Shown here piece after piece: positions 61,801-64,000 of a stretch of 64,000 bases of DNA. The notes under the pieces were generated by a model. That model made no database searches and had not been told where the DNA came from. It saw only the letters and a program-made list of their open reading frames with translations. Location: NCBI GenBank assembly GCA_051986435.1, contig JBPYFM010000155.1:1548-65547 (forward strand), written 5' to 3'. The DNA is from Solirubrobacterales bacterium. Lineage in GTDB: Bacteria > Actinomycetota > Thermoleophilia > Solirubrobacterales > 70-9. Within the stretch, counting starts at the first letter, position 1; each line of letters starts with the position of its first letter. A program made the position numbers and the translations under genes.

Positions 61801-63494
61801 ACCTCGGCGACCTGACCACCGAGGAGGCGGCCGAGCGCGTCGAAGCGCCCTACTCGGCCGAGTCGATGCTGGCGAAGCTGGCCGGCGAGCGGCGGATCGC
61901 GAAGGTGCGGATCGCGGGCGAGGAGCGCTGGATCGCGAGCGAGGACGCGGGGCTCTACCGCGACGCGCTCGGCGTGCCGCCGCCGCCCGGACTGCCGGAG
62001 ACCTTCCTCGCCGACTACCCCGACGCGATGCGGGCGCTGGTCCGCCGTTACGCCCGCACCCACGGCCCGTTCCCGACCGGGCAGCTGTCCCACCGCTACG
62101 GGGTCGACCCCGGCCCGGCGCTGCGCGAGCTGGAGAACGAAGGGGCGCTGGTCCGCGGCGAGCTCCTCCCCGGCGGCACCGAGCGCGAGTGGTGCGACTC
62201 CGACGTCCTCCGCCGCGTGCGGCGCGCCTCGCTCGCGCGTCTGCGCAAGGAGGTCGAGGCGGCCGACCGCACCGAGCTCGCCCGGTTCCTGCCGAGCTGG
62301 CAGAACGTCGACGCCTTCCGCCCCGCCGGCGCCGGCCCCGACCGCCTGCGCGAGGCGCTGGTGCCGCTGCAGGGAGTCGCGCTCACCCCGAAAGTCTGGG
62401 AGACCGATGTGCTGCCGCGCCGCCTCGGCGCCTACTCGCAGAACTGGCTCGACCAGCTCTGCACCAGCGGCGAGCTGATCTGGATCGGCGCCGGCGCCCT
62501 GGGGCGCAGCGACGGCCGCGTCGCGCTCTACTTCCGCGAGGACGTCCGCCTCGCCGGCCCGCCGCCCGCCAACGGCAGGCTGGAGGTCCCGCAGGGCGAG
62601 GTCCACGACGCGATCCGCGAGCGCCTCGCCGCCGGCCCGTCCTTCTGGCTCGACCTCGTCGCCGACATCGACCACCCCGCGGAGGACCTCCACAACGCGC
62701 TCTGGGACCTCGCCTGGGGCGGCGAGGTGACCAACGACGCCTTCGCGCCGCTGCGGGCGCCGCGCCTGCGCGCCGTGCCCCAGACCGAACGGGCGGGGCG
62801 CCGCTTCGCTCGCCGCCGCTCGACCGCGGGCGCCGCCGTCCAGGGTCGCTGGTCCCTGACCGCGCCGATCTTCGCCGGCGCCCCCGGCCCCGGCGCGCGC
62901 CTCCGCGCCCAGGCCGAGCTGATGATGGAGCGCTACGGGATCGTCACCCGCGAGACGGTCCTCGCCGAGGGCGTCCCCGGCGGCTTCTCCACGCTCTACT
63001 CGGAGCTCGGCAACCTCGAGCTCCTCGGCACCGCGCGCCGCGGCTACTTCGTCGAGGGGCTCGGCGGGGCCCAGTTCGCGCTCCCCGGCGCGGTCGAGCG
63101 GCTGCGCTCCCTCCCCGAAGCCCAAGGCGAGTACATGGTCCTGGCGGCGACCGACCCCGCCAACCCCTACGGGGCGTCGCTGCCCTGGCCGAAGCTCGAG
63201 GGCGGCCGGCGCCCCGGCCGCACCCCCGGCGCCTACCTGCTGCTGCGCGACGGCGAGCCCGAGGTCTTCGTCGAGCGCGGCGGCCGCGGCCTGCTGCGCC
63301 TGCGCTCGATGGACGAAGAGGAGCTCGGCGCCGCGATGCAGGCGCTCGCCGACGCCGTCGGCGCCGGCCAGCTCCCCAGGCTGGCGATCGAGAAACTCGA
63401 CGGCGAGGCCGTGATCGGCTCCGGGCACGAGGAGGCCCTGATCGGCGCCGGCTTCAGCCGCGGCCCCCGCAAACTGACCGCCTCCGCGCGATAG
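58872..63494 (+). CDS. lhr: Lhr-type large ATP-dependent DEAH-box helicase
   Basis: ICAPTGSGKTLA (motif I), VIVDEIHAV (motif II), IGLSAT, ARAHHGSLSHEER and VATSSLELGIDMG motifs. The 1540-aa length is typical of long Lhr. Confidence 0.9.
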   Translation: MRKIDGLATKSKPRTDSDPLAPFSAATRRWFEASFEGPTAAQAGGWAAISGGDNALICAPTGSGKTLASFLWGIDKLAREPELGTGVKLVYISPLKALSYDIERNLRAPLRGIGADISVGLRTGDTSQKDRRAMAKTPPDILITTPESLYLMMSSSVREILTGVEAVIVDEIHAVAQTKRGSHLSLTLERLDHLVRTSAAADTEGDSPEQQPGGSGESPSVFASGGIQRIGLSATQRPLERIAQFLVGPGRECKIVDAGTRKDLDLEIVVPVEDMADPGAPAYPSENGNAQPSEIEPSAHVRSIWPAIYPELLRLVQEHTSTIIFVNNRRASERLAKRLNELANGEGEQELPATEHAGHGGSPGDDSPEQQRGGSVESSPGDPLRYVEIARAHHGSLSHEERILVEEMLKSGELPCLVATSSLELGIDMGAVDLVIQVESPKSVTRGLQRIGRAGHGIGETSKGRIFPKYRGDLLECAVVARRMREGEIEETTIPQNPLDVLAQHLVSMAALDEWQVDDVEKVVTATESFHDLSREQLENVLDMLDGRYPSDRFAELRPRIVWDRMEGTIHGRKGARQLVVTNAGTIPDRGLYGVHLPDGRRVGELDEEMVYEARAGQTFLLGASTWRIEEITRDRVIVTPAPGAPGAVPFWRGDGVGRPAELGRAIGEFAREAVSREPTALAKEYDLDQRAANNLVCYLREQQDATRVVPSDQTIVVERFRDEIGDWRLCVLSPYGGRVHAAWGLALAAKIRNERDLEADAIWSDDGIVIHLPDADEPPPADLVLVDPAELEDLVVGELSGSALFGARFRENASRSLLIPRAYPGKRTPLWQQRLKSQSLLEVARDFPRFPVVLETYRECLQDVLDLPALVDLLEKLHARSLSLVEVETPTASPFASSLLFDYVATYMYEGDTPNAERRAAALALDRDLLRELLGQEELRELIDPEALEEVEAQLQHRTEAGQAGDRDALQQILRNLGDLTTEEAAERVEAPYSAESMLAKLAGERRIAKVRIAGEERWIASEDAGLYRDALGVPPPPGLPETFLADYPDAMRALVRRYARTHGPFPTGQLSHRYGVDPGPALRELENEGALVRGELLPGGTEREWCDSDVLRRVRRASLARLRKEVEAADRTELARFLPSWQNVDAFRPAGAGPDRLREALVPLQGVALTPKVWETDVLPRRLGAYSQNWLDQLCTSGELIWIGAGALGRSDGRVALYFREDVRLAGPPPANGRLEVPQGEVHDAIRERLAAGPSFWLDLVADIDHPAEDLHNALWDLAWGGEVTNDAFAPLRAPRLRAVPQTERAGRRFARRRSTAGAAVQGRWSLTAPIFAGAPGPGARLRAQAELMMERYGIVTRETVLAEGVPGGFSTLYSELGNLELLGTARRGYFVEGLGGAQFALPGAVERLRSLPEAQGEYMVLAATDPANPYGASLPWPKLEGGRRPGRTPGAYLLLRDGEPEVFVERGGRGLLRLRSMDEEELGAAMQALADAVGAGQLPRLAIEKLDGEAVIGSGHEEALIGAGFSRGPRKLTASAR
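59476..59535. repeat. 60-nt perfect palindrome (24-bp arms, 12-nt loop) inside the lhr coding sequence, copy A
   Basis: ACACCGAGGGGGACTCGCCGGAAC-aacagccgggag-GTTCCGGCGAGTCCCCCTCGGTGT. It is translated as part of ..DTEGDSPEQQPGGSGESPSV.. Confidence 0.85.
59950..60021. repeat. 72-nt near-perfect palindrome (30-nt arms, 28/30 paired, same 12-nt loop class) inside the lhr coding sequence, copy B
   Basis: GCGGATCCCCCGGGGACGACTCGCCGGAAC-aacagcggggag-GTTCCGTCGAGTCATCCCCGGGGGATCCGC. The 38-nt core is 36/38 identical to copy A. Confidence 0.85.
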
Positions 63495-63557
63495 GTCCCC
63501 CATATGGGTCGTGTGTCCGCTCCGCAACATGTTCGCCACGGCCCGTTGCCATAATCG

Positions 63558-64000
63558 ATGAGGGTGCCTGAGACCACGGAGCAGACCGCGATCGAGCTGC
63601 TGAGGAGCGTCCCGCTCTTCGCCGACCTCGAGGAAGGAGAGCTGGAACGCTTCTCCCACGTCGCCGTGCCGCGATCCTTCCCGGCCGGCACGCGCGTCTT
63701 CCACGAGGGCGACAGCTCCGACGCCTGCTACATCGTCAGCGAAGGGAGCTTCCGCGTCACCCGCGAACACTCGGACGGGCGGGCGATCACGCTGGCGACT
63801 CTCGGGCCGGGGGAGATCTTCGGCGAGCTGGCGATGCTCGACGGCGACACCCGCTCCGCCTCGGCCGAGTCGATCACCGACGGGACGCTGCTGGCGCTGC
63901 CGGCCAACGACGTGCGCAGCCTCCTCGCCCGCAACCCGGAGATCGCGCTGAAGCTGGTCGCCGGCCTCGTGCGCCGCCTGCGCGCCGCCAACATGCGCCT
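63558..64000 (+). CDS. Crp/Fnr-family regulator, cNMP-binding domain (3' end outside window)
   Basis: My own translation from the ATG at 63558: MRVPETTEQTAIELLRSVPLFADLEEGELERFSHVAVPRSFPAGTRVFHEGDSSDACYIVSEGSFRV..GPGEIFGELAMLDGDTRSASA.. The frame stays open to the window edge. Confidence 0.8.
   Translation, partial: MRVPETTEQTAIELLRSVPLFADLEEGELERFSHVAVPRSFPAGTRVFHEGDSSDACYIVSEGSFRVTREHSDGRAITLATLGPGEIFGELAMLDGDTRSASAESITDGTLLALPANDVRSLLARNPEIALKLVAGLVRRLRAANMR

Noticed and set aside
61314-63770. 818-aa minus-strand ORF antisense to lhr
   Set aside because: Low-complexity Ala/Gly/Arg/Glu translation. lhr on the plus strand carries all the helicase motifs and spans the region continuously.

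Overview
This is a very GC-rich window (G+C judged by eye, not computed) with actinobacterial-type gene content: a Ppm1-like synthase, Lhr, and a DHA2 MFS/TetR pair. I found no rRNA, tRNA, CRISPR array, transposase or integrase.

Roughly nt 2,900-37,600 and 45,150-58,800 form one composite glycan-assembly locus:
- dTDP-L-rhamnose genes rmlA, rmlD, rmlB and rmlC.
- An ABC exporter: Wzm, plus a Wzt that carries a C-terminal extension.
- A WbaP-type initiating phosphotransferase.
- A Wzy_C-type ligase-like protein with a TPR tail.
- About 12 GT2/GT4 glycosyltransferases, several of them giant multidomain proteins.
- Four SAM methyltransferases and a pyruvyl-transferase-like protein.
- Four DPM1/GtrB-like polyprenyl-phosphate-sugar synthases and at least 7 large polytopic membrane proteins, probably GT-C-like.
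- Three paralogous secreted clan GH-A hydrolase-like proteins.

Genes sit in long polycistrons with many 1-4 nt start/stop overlaps.

Flanking or inserted genes:
- AraC fragment, HD-GYP protein and Sfp-type PPTase.
- Two convergent DHA2 MFS pumps with a TetR regulator, a clear promoter and a pair of operators.
- A membrane/membrane/ROK-kinase operon.
- A 1540-aa Lhr helicase.
- A 3'-truncated Crp/Fnr regulator.

Most unusual observations:
1. Two near-identical long palindromes lie in-frame inside lhr.
2. A 49-nt palindromic repeat occurs three times at gene 3' ends, with compensatory stem substitutions.
3. The locus has slg/O9a-like logic: capping enzymes with coiled-coil tails, a long Wzt and a Wzy_C ligase next to a Ser/Gly-rich anchored protein.
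4. A QueC-like PP-loop domain is fused to a GT2.

All functional calls rest on motif recognition by eye; no searches were run.
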